Below, one piece after another: positions 13,690 through 26,900 of a DNA stretch of 64,000 bases. The first letter of the stretch is position 1. Every line of letters begins with the position of its first letter. The DNA comes from the human T2T-CHM13v2.0 reference genome, Homo sapiens. Both the position numbers and the translations under genes were made by a program. The notes beneath the pieces were generated by a model. The model saw nothing but the letters and a program-made list of their open reading frames with translations. It was not told the origin of the DNA and did no database searches. The stretch lies in NCBI RefSeq assembly GCF_009914755.1, contig NC_060946.1, one strand, 5' to 3'.

Positions 13690-13870
13690 TTTCACCTCTA
13701 ATTTAATTACTGATTGATTCTGTCTTGATGGCAGAGAGGTCTCTGTGAAATGCAATTACTTCCTTGTACCCAAGCATTTTGATTGTCTAATGATTGTCTC
13801 CAACAGGAGCCAAGCATCCATCCTGCTTTTAATTAAACTAATCTGTTAGAGAGGGAGCCAGCCGGCCTCC
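13690..13870. promoter_or_regulatory. Candidate homeodomain-rich enhancer
   Basis: TAATTTAATTA 13699-13709, TGATTGAT 13711-13718, 2x GATTGTC, TTAATTAA, CTAATC; no recognisable repeat. Confidence 0.4.
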
Positions 13871-15084
13871 CAGCCCAGCCAACTTCAGCCACACCTCGGG
13901 GAGAGAGCTCTTCTACTCCCTGGATATAGGCTTTGGGATCCGAGACCCTGCATGGTATTTATGAACCATGATATCATCCTGGAATGGACATCCCAACGAG
14001 ATGGGTCAGCTTGATCGCCCTGTCTCTAACACACCATTTGCTGCCCTTAAAAATGTGCTGCTCTCACCAAGCTCTTGCTCCCGGAACTCAGAAGTCGGGG
14101 GACCCATCGTGTGGCATTAAGGGCAGGAGCAGAGATCAGGATCAAGCCTGGGTCAAGAGCACTGGCACTGGGGTCAAAGTTTAGTTTCTTGCCTTGTCCT
14201 TTAACAGCCGTGCATCATGGGCAAGTTGTCAATTTCTCAGCCACAGTTTCTTCATCCGTAACATGGGTGACATCCGTAACTGATAAAAGTCTGCAATTTC
14301 TTAGCCATACCCTCAGGGCAGCTAGTTTTCACATTTCAGCCTTTTTCTTTTGGATTTTGCAGGTAATACAGTGTGTATTACCATTGTTAACCTTGCTAGA
14401 AGGGTCTGGGGTAAATACCCCCAAATCGAATTGGATATTTTAGCATCAAAACTTGACTAGTCAAACGAAGGCAGTAAACAAAGACTATAAATGGTCTCAT
14501 GAGAATTCATGATAGATATTGGTGCCCAATGACTTGTGGAAACTCTTTTGGATTTTAGAACTCTTTGGACTTTGGAATTATGGAGTGAGCTAATGGATGC
14601 ATACCTAATTCAGCAGGTTTTCGTGAGGGTGAAATGAGACCCTGTGAGCACATTGTTAAGCACAGCGCCAGGCACATCATCAGTGTTCAATTAATGATCA
14701 TTTCCACTCATCCATTCACTCTGAATCCCCATGGATGAGGTGGGGATCCACACTAGTGAGGAGCTGCAGAGATACAGAGACTCCCTCCTCCAGAGTGCAT
14801 GGCTTTGGGACGGAGATAAAAGGCCACAGACACCAGTAACTACCCCAGGGAGAGGAAGTGCACACACCAGCTTTTCACAGAAGACAGAATCAAATGGCTG
14901 ATGGACGTTTGGACAGATGCACATCCTCGCTGGTAATTAAAAGAAACCAAATGAAAACACAATGAGATTTTTGTAGCTATCAGTTTTGTAAAAGCTTTAC
15001 ATATTGCTAATGTCCAGGACTAGTAACAGTATTAGCAAGTAGTTGCTCTTATAAATTTGGTGAGAATGGAAACCAATCACATAG

Positions 15085-15440
15085 TGTATGAGTCTGTTTT
15101 CACATTGCTGATAAAGACATACCTGAGACTGGGCAATTTACAAAAGAAACAGGTTTAATTGGACTTACAGTTCCATGTGGCTGGGGGAGCCTCACAATCA
15201 TGGCAGAAGGCAAGGAGGAGCAAGTCACATCTTATGTGGATGGTGGCAGGCAAGGAGAGGAGCTTGTGCAGAAAACTCCCCCTTATAGTAACCAGCAGAT
15301 CTCATGAGACTTACTCACTATCACGAGAACAGCACGGGAAAGACCTGCCCCCATGACGCAATTACCTTCCATCAGGTCCCTATCACAACACGTGAGAATT
15401 CAAGATGAGATTTGGGTGGGGACACAGCCAAACTGTATCA
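15085..15440 (-). mobile_element. THE1B-like solo LTR
   Basis: Full reverse THE1 LTR (gctgataaagacatacctgagactggg...gggacacagccaaactgtatca); 5-bp TSD CATAG at 15080 and 15441. Confidence 0.93.
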
Positions 15441-15466
15441 CATAGACACAGCTATTTTTTGAATAG

Positions 15467-15842
<376 letters not shown>

Positions 15843-16418
15843 TAGTTTTGGGACTCTACCCTGCAGAAACAGTAGCCAAAGACGGTAAGAATGTGTGTTC
15901 CAGGTCAGCAATTGCAGCATTGTTTGTAATTCTGAAATATTGGAAGTGACTGAAATATTTATTGATAAGGGGATGGGTACAGATACTTAGCTGCATTCAT
16001 ACTGTGGACATTATACAGATTTTAGAAAGAATAAGGTAGATTTACACTCTAATGAAGTAACATGAACCCAGTCTTCTCACCTGTAAAATTAGGGCTGTCT
16101 TACCTCACAGGGTCATATGAACAGTGGATAAAAGACTACAAAGCATTTGACACAGTGTCTGACACAAATAAAATAATCAATAGCTGTTAGCTGTTAGTTG
16201 CTGCTTTTTAAAAATCATGAACTCATAAGTGCTGGCTTCAGTGAAAACTCACTGCTTGTTGGGTCCTCTCTATTTGCTACCATTAGCTGTTACAAAGTTG
16301 CCTGGCAGAGCAATAGGACCAGGCAGATATTTGGAAGGCATGGATTCCATAGTGGGCTCTGTGATCACCTTCTTGATTTTCAAGCCACTCAACCTCCCTG
16401 AATCCTGGCTTCCTTATC

Positions 16419-16770
16419 TATCAGTCAGCTCAGGCTAAGTTCTGCTGCAGTAACAAACATCCCTTAGGATCTCGCTCCTGTGACACATTCATCAGGAGTG
16501 GCTCTTGCTGTGCCCCCTGACACCCAGGCTGGGGCGCAGCCCGATTTGGGACATTGCTGGTGTCAAGGCACATGGAAAAAGAACAGAACCATGCAATGCC
16601 TCGTAATGCTTCTTTGGGAAGCAGTACATGTCAATGCTGCTCAGATCTTCATGGCCAAAATGAGTCACCTGGCCAAGCCCAGTGTCAGTGGAAAACAGAG
16701 GGCCTCCTGTGTAGGGATGGCCTATGTAGGAAGCATAATAAAGGCCTGAGAATAACACCATTTACCACTC
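16419..16770 (-). mobile_element. MLT1J/K-type LTR
   Basis: tcagtcagctcaggctaagttctgctgcagtaacaaac...catggccaaaatgagtcacctggccaagccc. Confidence 0.65.
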
Positions 16771-16787
16771 CAAGTTGGTCAAAGTGT

Positions 16788-16945
16788 GTACAGTCGCCCT
16801 TTGGAATGCACAGGGGGTTGCTTCTAGGATATGTCCCTCTGATCCCTGCTGCTTCAGGTGCCAAAATCCAACAATCCTCAAGTCCCTTATATAAAATGGT
16901 GTAGTATCTGCATTTAACCAACACATATTCTCCCATATATTTATG
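16788..16945 (+). mobile_element. MER2 (TcMar-Tigger) fragment, followed by a short Alu piece (~16950-17022)
   Basis: tacagtcgccctt...ctcaagtcccttatataaaatggtgtagtatctgcatttaacc. Confidence 0.75.
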
Positions 16946-19323
16946 TATTTATTTTTGTTTGTTTGTTTGTTTGTTTTTGAGATGGAGTCTTGCCCTGTTG
17001 CCCAAGCTGGAGTGCGGTAGTGCGAAGGAAGGTCCTCTTCCTTCCTCCTGGCACTGGGTCCCCTCCTTGGCAGACCCCTTCCTCATGTGTCATCCTGCAC
17101 TTATGCAGACTGTCCCATATGCATCTGTCTTCATGGACTGTCAGCTCCTTGGTGACAGCGCTCCGCCATCTGGGGTTACCCTCATCGCTCCTGCATAGAG
17201 TCAAGCTCCACAAATGTCTGTTGAGTTAAGGAACGGATGAGCGAATGAGCACATTCCTGGATGCCCCTTCCCACTTTATTTATCTGTGAATCCCATTTGT
17301 TCTTTAAACCCAGGCATCACTGTCTCTAGGGAGCCCTCCATGATTGCTCCCAGGGCTGCGTGAGGTGCTCATGTAGTCCTTGAGGTCCCCCTTGGCATCA
17401 TGCACTTGCCTGAGGCTGTTCTCTGCTTCCCTGCCTCGAGGGCAGCATCAGCTTTGGTCCCTGTCATTGTGTCTGCCCTGCTGAGGCCAGGGCCAGCACA
17501 TAGCAGTTGCTTCGGGTGTGTTTATGGGGAAATTCATTATCATTAGACTCATACTTAGGGAGTGCCTGGGATACAGCTGTGACCAAAGAGGCCTGCCCTC
17601 GAGGTCCTTTCTCTCTAATGGGTGTACAAATTGCTGCTGCCCACATTGCACCAGCTGGGCCTCTCCCAGAGTGTGACATCAGCAGACACTGTCCAAACAC
17701 AGATAGGACTTCTGTTTTGTCACTGTCTGGTTGTAAAAGCTGCATTTTGATATGTTTCTACCGGCTGAAGATTTAAGATAATCTGCCAGCTCTGCGTCTA
17801 AGTGACTGTGAAGGTTTAAATAATGCTGTTTAATAGACAGTGGCTGTTGGAGCCGTGGTGTTTGCCAGGAGCCAGTGATTCTCCCTGCAAGTCCCCATGC
17901 TGCTATCTGAAAACCTCCCTCAGGTCCACCCTGGCAGCCCCTGAGAGGCCAGCGAGGCTCTGGCCTCCTTTCCTGCGAGTGACCAAGGAAATGGACTGAA
18001 CTTTGCTCCCCCTTGCCTTAGTCCAGTCCTTCCCTCCACCCACACAGGGAAGCAGTCTCAGGAGTGGCCATTATGATCTAGAAACAGCCCTGGATCTCCT
18101 TGCCCTATTCATCTCCTCTCTTCCAAGCATTTCTTTCTGCCTTTGAAGTCAGCACGGTTTTGAACTACACTTTGAGATGCTTCCAAGGAACGGGCAAATT
18201 GGGCAAATTTCAATATCCCCTGTCTACAGTTTTTCAGAACCAAATCCTTAAAGGAGTGCTAACTTTAGTTCTCCTCATGAGGTGACAGAACTACTGTCAC
18301 CAGAAGGGGTTCAACCTCAGCAAGGACATCAGACCAGGCAGTTGTGCCCAAACTTTGGCTGAAATGAAGCAAATAGGAGCTGGAGACAGGCTTTGGCAAA
18401 ACAGCAGGACTTGCTCTTCCGAATGGATCCCTGGCTGGAAGACCTGTGCCAGCAGCCCAAGGCGTCGGTTTCCTCACTGTCAAGGTTGGTGGATGAGATG
18501 ATCTTGAAGGCCTCTCTTACCCTGACAGTCTATGATGTATGGCTCCCATAAAAGAAGTGGTTGAACTGAGTTGGGTTTGATTATATTACAACCAGGGATT
18601 CCAGGAATAGGCAGGAAAGATCCTGCCCTCCCTCCTAGTAAGGAACCCAACGGAGCTGGCAATGCCAGGAGAAGTGGGCTTGCTTGCCAACGGGAGCTGT
18701 AGGCCAGCAGAAGTCAGCCATAAAGGCCTAGGCAGAGTCTCAAGCCAACACTGGCTGGAGGGTTTCCTTCACTTATTTGCCCATAAACCCTGACCTTAGT
18801 CTCAGGACTCAGCACCCCCAGGGGTGGTGAGGGTTCTATGGCTCTTATGCCCAGGTGGGCCTGTTGGAGAGTGGGAGGGGAGGGCCTGAGCAGGAGTTAC
18901 CTGGAGATCCGTCTTTGCTCAGCAGAAGGCATCATTTGAAACAGGTGCATCTACCTGTGCAGAACCAGTGGGATCTAGTCCCCACCAAACATCAAGATTG
19001 TCAAGGAGCTTTAAAAAAAAAAAAATCAATCATTCAGTTGTACAAGTCCCTGGATCAAAATCCCTGCATTTGGGTGTGGAGATCTGAGTCTTTTGAAGTC
19101 CTTCTATGAGGGGTGTGGTGCCGGGTGTTGTTCCTCCATCTTGTCCACCACTTGGCAGTCAGCACAGTGAGTTAACTGAGAATTCATCCTCCATCACGCC
19201 CTGTCTTGGGTGCCAGGGACGTGGAGATTGAAGCCCTACCTTGGGCATCTTACAGTGGTGTGTGGGTGACAGGAACACAGCGGGCATGATAGAGGAACCC
19301 CAAGGAGGTGGACATCTGGGGTC

Positions 19324-19871
19324 TGACAAAAACTATCTTTTGGACCAACGCAGGCTTCTCCTACCCCTCTCTCGAGGAGGCCTCAGCCTTGGCCTCTAAA
19401 AACTACAGACTCTCAGCACAACTGATTTCATCCACCTCCCAACACTGAGAGACTGGAACAGACCCTGGCATTTTTTCTCACAGTTCAAGGCTGCCTCCCC
19501 TGCTTAAGTTCATCCCTGGGAAAGTTCAAGGCTGCCAGAATAATTTACTGTCTGTTCCAGCCAACACCTTAAGAGAGGGCCCCCGTGTCCCAGTTGTGGT
19601 GGGAGGGCAGGCGCCTGGCTTTGATAAGTCCTAGGTAGCAATCACAATGGCCTAAGCACACTGACTACCCCTCCTGCTTTTGTAATCTCCCCTTCCCTGA
19701 CTCTGCTGGAGCCCCACACACTCCCTCTCCAGCTCCCTCATTCTCCCTTTAAAACGCTCTGTCACCTCTGCATGAACTCAGTTTTGCAGTGGACTCTGTT
19801 CCCTGCTGCAGTGGCCTGAGACCTGCCCTTATTGTCTTTAGCTAGTGACCGGCATTGTTTAATCTCTGACA
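19324..19871 (+). mobile_element. MER67-like ERV1 solo LTR
   Basis: TGACA...TGACA termini; tcaaggctgccagaataatttactgtctgttccagccaacacc; ctccctcattctccctttaaaacg. Confidence 0.75.
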
Positions 19872-20299
19872 GGGCTCAGGGAGACTTCTCAGAGGAGGGG
19901 GCTTTTGGACTGGGCCCGGTGTTGGAGGTGGGTGGCAGGTTCGAGTCCTGTCAATGGAGGCTGTGCCCAGTTTCCTAAAGAGGCACTGGTTTTCCTAGGC
20001 AGTGAAGCCTTTGTCTCCTCAGGATGGAAACTCATCCCTTTTCTAGATCTGCCTGTAAATTCACATTCTTACAAGGCTAGAAAGATTTTCAAGCTCAGTA
20101 GGGTCAACCAGCCTCCAGGCACAGCCATCTTGGTCTTTGTTTTGTTGTTTCTTCCTTCCCCTATAAATTCAGGCAAGGGTGATTCTCCCATGTCCACGTG
20201 GTGTCAGGGTCATTGTCTGGGACCCAGTCCTTTCCCAAGCAAGCAGCAGGGAGGCACTGTTAGGGAAGCCTTAGGCATCTGTTGTTTTTGCTTGTCCAC

Positions 20300-20750
20300 C
20301 TTTCCGGTAACAGGATTCCTTTCTTTGGGACCCACAATTCCCACTCCCCATGGTTCAGGTAGGGATGACCCTGCACCCCATTCCAGCTTCAGAATGAGCA
20401 AGAGACTCAGGACTGGCCAATCAGAGGCCAGGGTAATTGGCTGGGGGGTAGGAGGGGGACAAGACTCCAGGACTGGCCAATCAGAGGCCACAGTAATTAG
20501 CTGAGAGAAGGGCATGTGACTCCAGAACTGGCCAATTAGAGTCCACAGTAATTGGCTGAGAGAAGGGCACATGACTCTAGAACTGGCCAATCAGACTTCA
20601 TAGTAATTGGTTAGGGGAAGGGCACATGATTCCAGAACTGGCCAATCAACCTCTACAGTAATTGGCTGCGGGAAGGGGGCGTGACTCCAGGCAGGCTGAT
20701 CAGAGTCTTCCCTGGAACTTTTTGCTGGAATAATTAGGAAAGAAGCATTT
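20300..20750 (+). mobile_element. LTR16-like ERVL LTR fragment with internal tandem expansion
   Basis: ccccatggttcaggtagggatgaccctgcacccc...gatcagagtcttccctggaactttttgctggaataattaggaaaga. Confidence 0.6.
20404..20705. repeat. Tandem array, 5+ copies of a 55-bp CCAAT-bearing unit
   Basis: Unit starts at 20404, 20463, 20518, 20573, 20628, 20683; consensus gactccagaactggccaatcagagtccacagtaattggctgagagaagggcacat. Confidence 0.95.
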
Positions 20751-21415
20751 TAAAAAGCGTTCATGTGAGTCATCATTTATTGAACACTGGCTGTGTGCCA
20801 GGCATTGGGCTAGGCAGGCGCCTGCGTTTTTAATCCTTACCAGTACTGTGCCTGGCAGTCACGGTTCTGTCTTTGTCGTGGCCAAGGAGCATGAGGCTTA
20901 GGGAGGCTCGAACTCGCCTAAGATCTCCAGACAATGCCGTGCAAAGCCAGGGTGCGACCAGTCCGTCTGGTTCCATGTGGCTTTTAGACTTAGTAAGTAA
21001 TGCGGCATTCCATGGTGATAGCACATCAGTGCCCAGATGGGAAAGGCCAGCGGCATGTACCTATAACATAAATGCCTTCAATAGCTACATTTGGAATCTG
21101 AAAAACTCTCTGAAGCTCATTTTGAGATATTGATCCTAAGAAACGAATTGGAAGTCCACACAAAGACTCGGGAAGACCACTGTTTATTCCTCACAGCGTA
21201 ATTTGTGATAGTGAGTAATTAGAGTCTGTCTAAATGTCCTATAATGAGGAAATGATTAAGTAAATTATGCTCCGAAGATGCTTACAATGAGTTTGTAATA
21301 ACATGGGGAAAAGTCTGGCATATTAAGTGAGAAAAACAACAAGGCAAAAAATCATATCTGGAGGCTGATCTCAACCATCTCAACCATATAAAATTATAGT
21401 TTGAAAGATAGACAC

Positions 21416-21697
21416 TTTTTTGTTTTGGAGATATGATCGCATTCTGTCGCCTAGGCTAGGGTGCAGTGGCATGATCATAGCTTACTTCAGTCTGCATTTC
21501 CCAGCCTCAAGTGATCTTCTCACCTCAGCCTCCCTGGGACTATAGGTGCACACCACTATGCCTGGCCATTTAAAAAAGTTTGGTAGAGATGGGGTCTCTG
21601 TTGCCCAGGCTGGTCTTGAACTCTTGGCCTCAAATAATTCATCTACCTCGGCCTCCTAAGTGCTGGGATTACCAGGAGTGAGCCACGTTGCCTGGCC
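21416..21697 (-). mobile_element. AluJ
   Basis: Diverged reverse Alu dimer. Confidence 0.92.
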
Positions 21698-21705
21698 TAG
21701 ACACA

Positions 21706-22001
21706 TTTTTTTTTTTTTTTTTGAGATCGAGTCTTGCTCTGTTGTCAAGGCTGGAGTACAGTGGTATGATCTCAGCTCACTGCAACTTCTGCCTCCTTGG
21801 CCCAAGCAATCCTCCCACCTCAGCTTCCTGAGTAGCTGGGACTCCAGGCATGCCCACCACACGCAGCTAATTTTTGTATTTTTTGTAGAGGTGGGGTTTT
21901 ACTATGTTGCCCAGGCTGGCTCGATCTCCTGGGCTCAAGCAGTCCTCCCACCTCAGCCTCCTACGGTATTAGGATTACAGGTGTGAGCCACCATGCCTGG
22001 C
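21706..22001 (-). mobile_element. AluJ
   Basis: Reverse dimer; TSD tagacacattttt at 21698 and 22002. Confidence 0.93.
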
Positions 22002-22581
22002 TAGACACATTTTTTTTTTTAATACTGAAATACTGTATGCCACTGTTTCTGTAGTTATTTTCTCTGGGTAGTGACATATATGCTTGCTTTTTATTCTTAG
22101 TTTCCACATTTTCCAAAATATGCAAGTAATGTATTTAGAATCAGTGTAAAAGGAAAACACATTAGAAATTCCGGTAAGGAAAATGTCAACAAGATTTTCA
22201 TTCTCAACGGAGCTGACAATGTTCGCCCCCACCTTCCCTGCCTGGTGTCAGATGAACAGTAAAGGACAGTTTGCTCCAGAGCGAGGTTTTCTCTTTACAA
22301 TGCGTTTTCCTGTATATGATCTCATCTGGGATTCATGACCTCTGTGAATGGTAAACAAGGTAAATCCTTTTTCTTACCCTTATTTTTATTTCATTTTGTT
22401 TGTTATTGTCATATATACCATGCATTCAAAAGTGCATAAAATAAAATACAGTTTATAGGAAAGTAACAAGACAAATGCCCATGCCTCCACTCCCTAGTAT
22501 GAGACATAGAATATTCTAGAAACTTAGAGGCCTCTGTGTTCTCCTTCCTAATTCTATCTCCCTCCCTCCATGCTCCTACCT

Positions 22582-23520
22582 GGGCCCAGCCCTAATATTG
22601 GTGGGACTTGAGACAAGATTACAAACATAAGTCCACATATCTTATGTCTAAATATTTATAAATTATAAATCAAGTAAAATTGTTGAATAAAAAGTATTCC
22701 AGCCTCTTGCTTTGACAAATATACCTTCATAATAACAAAATAGAGATGTATGAAATTATGGCTTTTTGATAGCTGAAAGCTGGCAAAATATCATAGGAAA
22801 CTGAATTTAATCATTATTGCATATACCTGGGTGTTCTGTTGCTGGGCCAATAATGCTTGGATGAATAAAAGTACAAAAACATGCATAACTTATAGATTAT
22901 TATGCTTATTCTAAAAAAATTTTTCTTGCCTTTATTTCATCAATATCGCTAATCATGCAATTATAATTAAGATTTTCACATAATTTGACAATAATGACAA
23001 ATTAGGCAGCCTTTCTTGAGGCCTTGTAGCTCTTAGCTAGTTTTCAAAACTTTGGAGAAACTTTGTTCTGCAGAGGGAGTAACAGCTGGGATTGTCAATA
23101 ACATTCTTAGAGGAATATTTTGATTTGGAAATAAACCAAATTTCTTTGAAATTTTACTTACAGTGTTTAATTGTTGTAATGGGGTTGCATCTTGTATATG
23201 ATCATTAGCAAAGAAAAATTCATAAAATATTTTAATTTCATCATACAAAACCACTATCACTTATGTCAGAGCTTTCATTGTGTTTTACTGTCAATCTCAA
23301 GACTCCTACAATCGTGCAAAGAACCAGTATCATGTTTCATTCATGTTACATCTAATTCTATATAGACATAAGTGTAAAAGTAGTAAGCGTTGTCTAACAT
23401 AGAAAGATGTCTCTCAGCTTCTAAATGCACCTGTTCTATGTATCACCCAACGTACGAGGAACTTCAGAACCACGGAATGGTACCCAAGGAGCAGCGAGAG
23501 CGCAGACTCTCAGCATGACT
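22582..23520 (-). mobile_element. hAT-Tip100 (Zaphod-like) transposon fossil
   Basis: ORF 23033-23260(-) contains FPNQNIPLRMLLTIPAVTPSAEQSFSKV (hAT dimerization motif); terminus ccctaatatt...atgtctaaatattta...ttgacaaatataccttcataa resembles Zaphod/MER115; right end uncertain. Confidence 0.75.
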
Positions 23521-24679
23521 TGGAAAGAGGTCTTCCTAACAGCAAAATGGAAAAGATACGTAAATGATGGGCTGGGTGGGAGCTGCTGCACCCTGATACT
23601 GGCGGGAGGAACTTGGCAATGGCCCGGCTTTTCTCCCACCCAAGGGTTTTCTCCTCTCAAACCCTCTATCTCCAAAGCAGCATCTGCCTGAGACAGATGC
23701 TGGCACAGCCCACTCGCCTTGGCATTCTGGGTTCAAGGTCATACAGAAGGTCAGGTGGGGATGTACTTTCTGGGGTGTTTAGAACTTGTCAGGGGCCAGG
23801 CCTGGATTGGAGTGAGAGGGGCACCCAGGGGTTCCTTAATAACTGACTTTTGTGGTGTTTTTATAGTATCCAGTGCCCTAAAGTGCCCAGAGTAGGGGCC
23901 CTCCTCCTATAGAGGCAGGAGCCTGACTTGTCCCATCCTTCCTTTGCTTTTCTGGAGCCTCCAGGGATGCTCTGTTGTGCAGTAGTGAAGGCTCAAGGAA
24001 CAAGCACAGAGGTGATGTGTAAGGAAGGGCAGTATCGTCCTTCAGATGAAGAGTTCCAGAGAAGACACAGCCAATGGCCTCTGAGCCACCGTCTGACTTC
24101 AGCTTCCCGAGGGTTCACGGGAGTCTCCCTTGGGGAAATCCGTGGGCAAGACCTGTTGGCGAAGCCAGGGCTCCCCACATTTGAGGCATCCATAAATGCC
24201 ACAGGGTGGCCCTGTGCTTTGGTTTCTGGGATTCTAGACTACGTCATGGCAGAACCCCGCTGCAGAGTGTCTCATGTGCTCTCAGCTGGTCCTGCCAGCG
24301 GAAGATGGAGGGAAGGTTGGGGCTCTTTCTGTCTATGGCCAAGACAAGCCCTGGTCACAGCTGGGCAGTGTCGCCTGGGCACCATGTTCTTAGTTCAAAG
24401 GATGGTGTGGTGACCTGGAGCAGCGAGCGTGGTACAATCTATTAATATTCTAATATCCCAAGGTCTGTCTCTTGGGCCACACGCTCCCAGACTGGCCTTT
24501 GGCCGTCCATGGCTGGAGCACAGCTGTCAATCTTGGAGCTCCCCTCACCCCCTCCTGGGGCTCCTCCTCTTCCCTCCTGTGGGGTCATCTCACTCTAGGC
24601 CCTGCGCACCCCACAGCGGCTTCCTGCGTCTCATCTCTTCCCCTTTCTCCTTTCACACTTTTGTTTGGGCAGAGTCTCC

Positions 24680-25960
24680 CACCAGTATCTGCTTGAGGAA
24701 TGACGTATGGAAGTTAAATTTTTGAGACCCTGTAGGTCTGAAACTCTCATTATTTTACTCTCATACTTGATTGTCAGTTTTCCCTAGCTGGGAATTATCT
24801 TCCCTGAGAATCTGGAAGGCTTTGCTTCGCCACGTTCTAGATTTCAGGGTTGTTGCTGAGATGGCTGAATCTGTTTTGCTTTCTGGTTCTTTATGTGACC
24901 TGTTTTCTTCCCCCCTTTCTTTGCCCCATGTGGTAGGCTATAGAGACTTCTCGTGTCCTGGGCTCTGAAACGGTGAAGTGTCCTGGTGTGAGTTTGTTTT
25001 CTTCTGTGGTGTTTGGTACCTGAAGGCCTTTTCAGTTTGTCAATGGGTCATCTTCCTTCCTGGGGAATGTTGGTGCCTTTTTAATGATTTCTGTTCCTCC
25101 ATTTTCTTTGGAACGCTTGGTTTTGTTTCCTGGATGCAATATCTTCTTTCTCTGAGAATATTAAAGATGTTTCTGGAAGTTATCTTCTCCTTCAGTCTTT
25201 GCTTCCTCCCGCTGAGCTTTGCTGTGTGTGTCTCAGGGTTTAATTTGTCTGTGTTCCGTGCTGGAGGCAGATGTCTCTTGATCCTTGGAGCTCAGCTGAG
25301 CATTAGGAATGGGGGTCTAAGAAGCTGATTGGAAGCTCTGAGCTTGGGTGTGGCTGGTCAACACTGACTCATTGTAGGGCCATCTAGGTAGACCAAGTTT
25401 CGGGGGACCCCAGCTGTCAGGAGTTTGGGACTTTCCCCTTGCACTAGTTACAGCTCCAGGGTGGTTCTTCCAGCCTCCTTTCTGTAGGGAGCAGGGCTGG
25501 CTACCGCCTGAGTGGTGTGGGGGGATTTCTGCATGCAGAACCCACTCCTGCTTTCCCAGAACCCGCGCCATCCATGTTCGGGGGTGCCCAATCCAGAATC
25601 TGTTTACCTGCTTCAGAGAGCAAGCCTCCAGTCTCCACCAGGACAGACGTGAGGCAGTCCCCCAGCCCCAGAGGTGAGGAGAGGATCCAGCTTTTACAGC
25701 TTCTGTCTCAACTGTCACCCAGTTCCGGGAGTGCCCGGTCCTCTCAGTTACCAGCCCTCTGGCCAGTTCTCAGATTTCAAGCTGCAGATTTGGGGTTTGG
25801 CTTCCTCAGTCCTGCCAAGCCACCTACTGTGCAGTGACTGCTTTGCAGCTTCCAGCATTTTGTTGTGGCGCCTTTGAGCCTGTTCTCCTGTATCTTAAAA
25901 CCTCTCTCCACTGCTGTTTTGGTGGAGCCTTGGGGCTTTGGGAATGAGGGAAGTGTTTTC
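24680..25960 (-). mobile_element. HAL1/old L1-related fragment
   Basis: aaatttttgagaccctgtaggtctgaaa...catacttgattg...ttccctgagaatctggaaggctttgct...tttatgtgacctgtttt. Confidence 0.6.
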
Positions 25961-26545
25961 TTGGCTTTCTAAATTGGAATTGCCAAGAGTCCACTTCCTC
26001 ACTGAGATAGCTGAGGAGGGGAGGCAGGCCCAGGGCTTCTGGTGCCCGATGCCGTTGTGACCTGGAGAGGGCCTGTTGGAAAAGAAAGAGTGAAGTCAAG
26101 AGGTGGTGATGGGAGGCAGATTTCTGACAAACTGCTGAATTCAGCCATTCCTCAAGCCAACCACACCCTCAGTGCCCAGAAATGTGAGCCAGCACATCCC
26201 ATTTCTGTTGTTTTTGTTTGTCTAGTCTCGTTTTATTTGGAATTCTGCCATGTGCAGTGGAAGGAGCTCTCGCCAGTCCTTGTTGTAACTTTAAGTTTTC
26301 TCTAAAGTTTATCTTCCGGGTCTGCCATGTCCTCCCTCCACATGAGTGCAATTCACACAGGACCTTCTCTGAGACACCTTCTCTGGCCAGCCCACTACAC
26401 CAGCACCCTCTGCTCCTTCTGCCTTCTGACCGGGCTGGTTTTTCTGGCTTCCCCCACTGGGCCAGGACCCCTCCAGAGACACTCGTGAAACTGTATGTCG
26501 CCTGCATTCAGAGAACTGCACATGGTATGATAAGATGGTAGAGAA

Positions 26546-26740
26546 GGGCTCAGGTAACTACAGCCGGTGGGCCCGTGGTCTGTTTTTTTTCAATAAAGCT
26601 TTATTGGAACTCAGCCACGTTCATTTGATTAGATATTGTTGATGCTACCTTCACTCTACCATGGCAGGTTTAAGTAGTTACGACAGAGTGTGAAGTGTTT
26701 ACTACCTGGGTCTCGACGGAACAAGTGCCTGAGAATCTGA
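26546..26740. mobile_element. MER58A hAT-Charlie MITE
   Basis: aataaagctttattggaactcagccacgttcatttg...ggcaggtttaagtagttacgacagag...tttactacctgg. Confidence 0.8.
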
Positions 26741-26749
26741 CAACGCAGC

Positions 26750-26900
26750 AGAGGTGTGTTCACACCTGGGCATTGTCGCCTACTCGTTGTGTGACGTTGG
26801 GCAGGAATTTAGCCTCTCTGAGCTACAGTCTGCTTATTTTCAAGCGGGTACCCACCTCATGGGTTGTTGAGATTCAGTGCAGTAACAGATTATGCTAAGC
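26750..26900 (+). mobile_element. MIR fragment
   Basis: tgtgtgacgttgggcaggaatttagcctctctgagc...cacctcatgggttgttgagatt. Confidence 0.7.
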
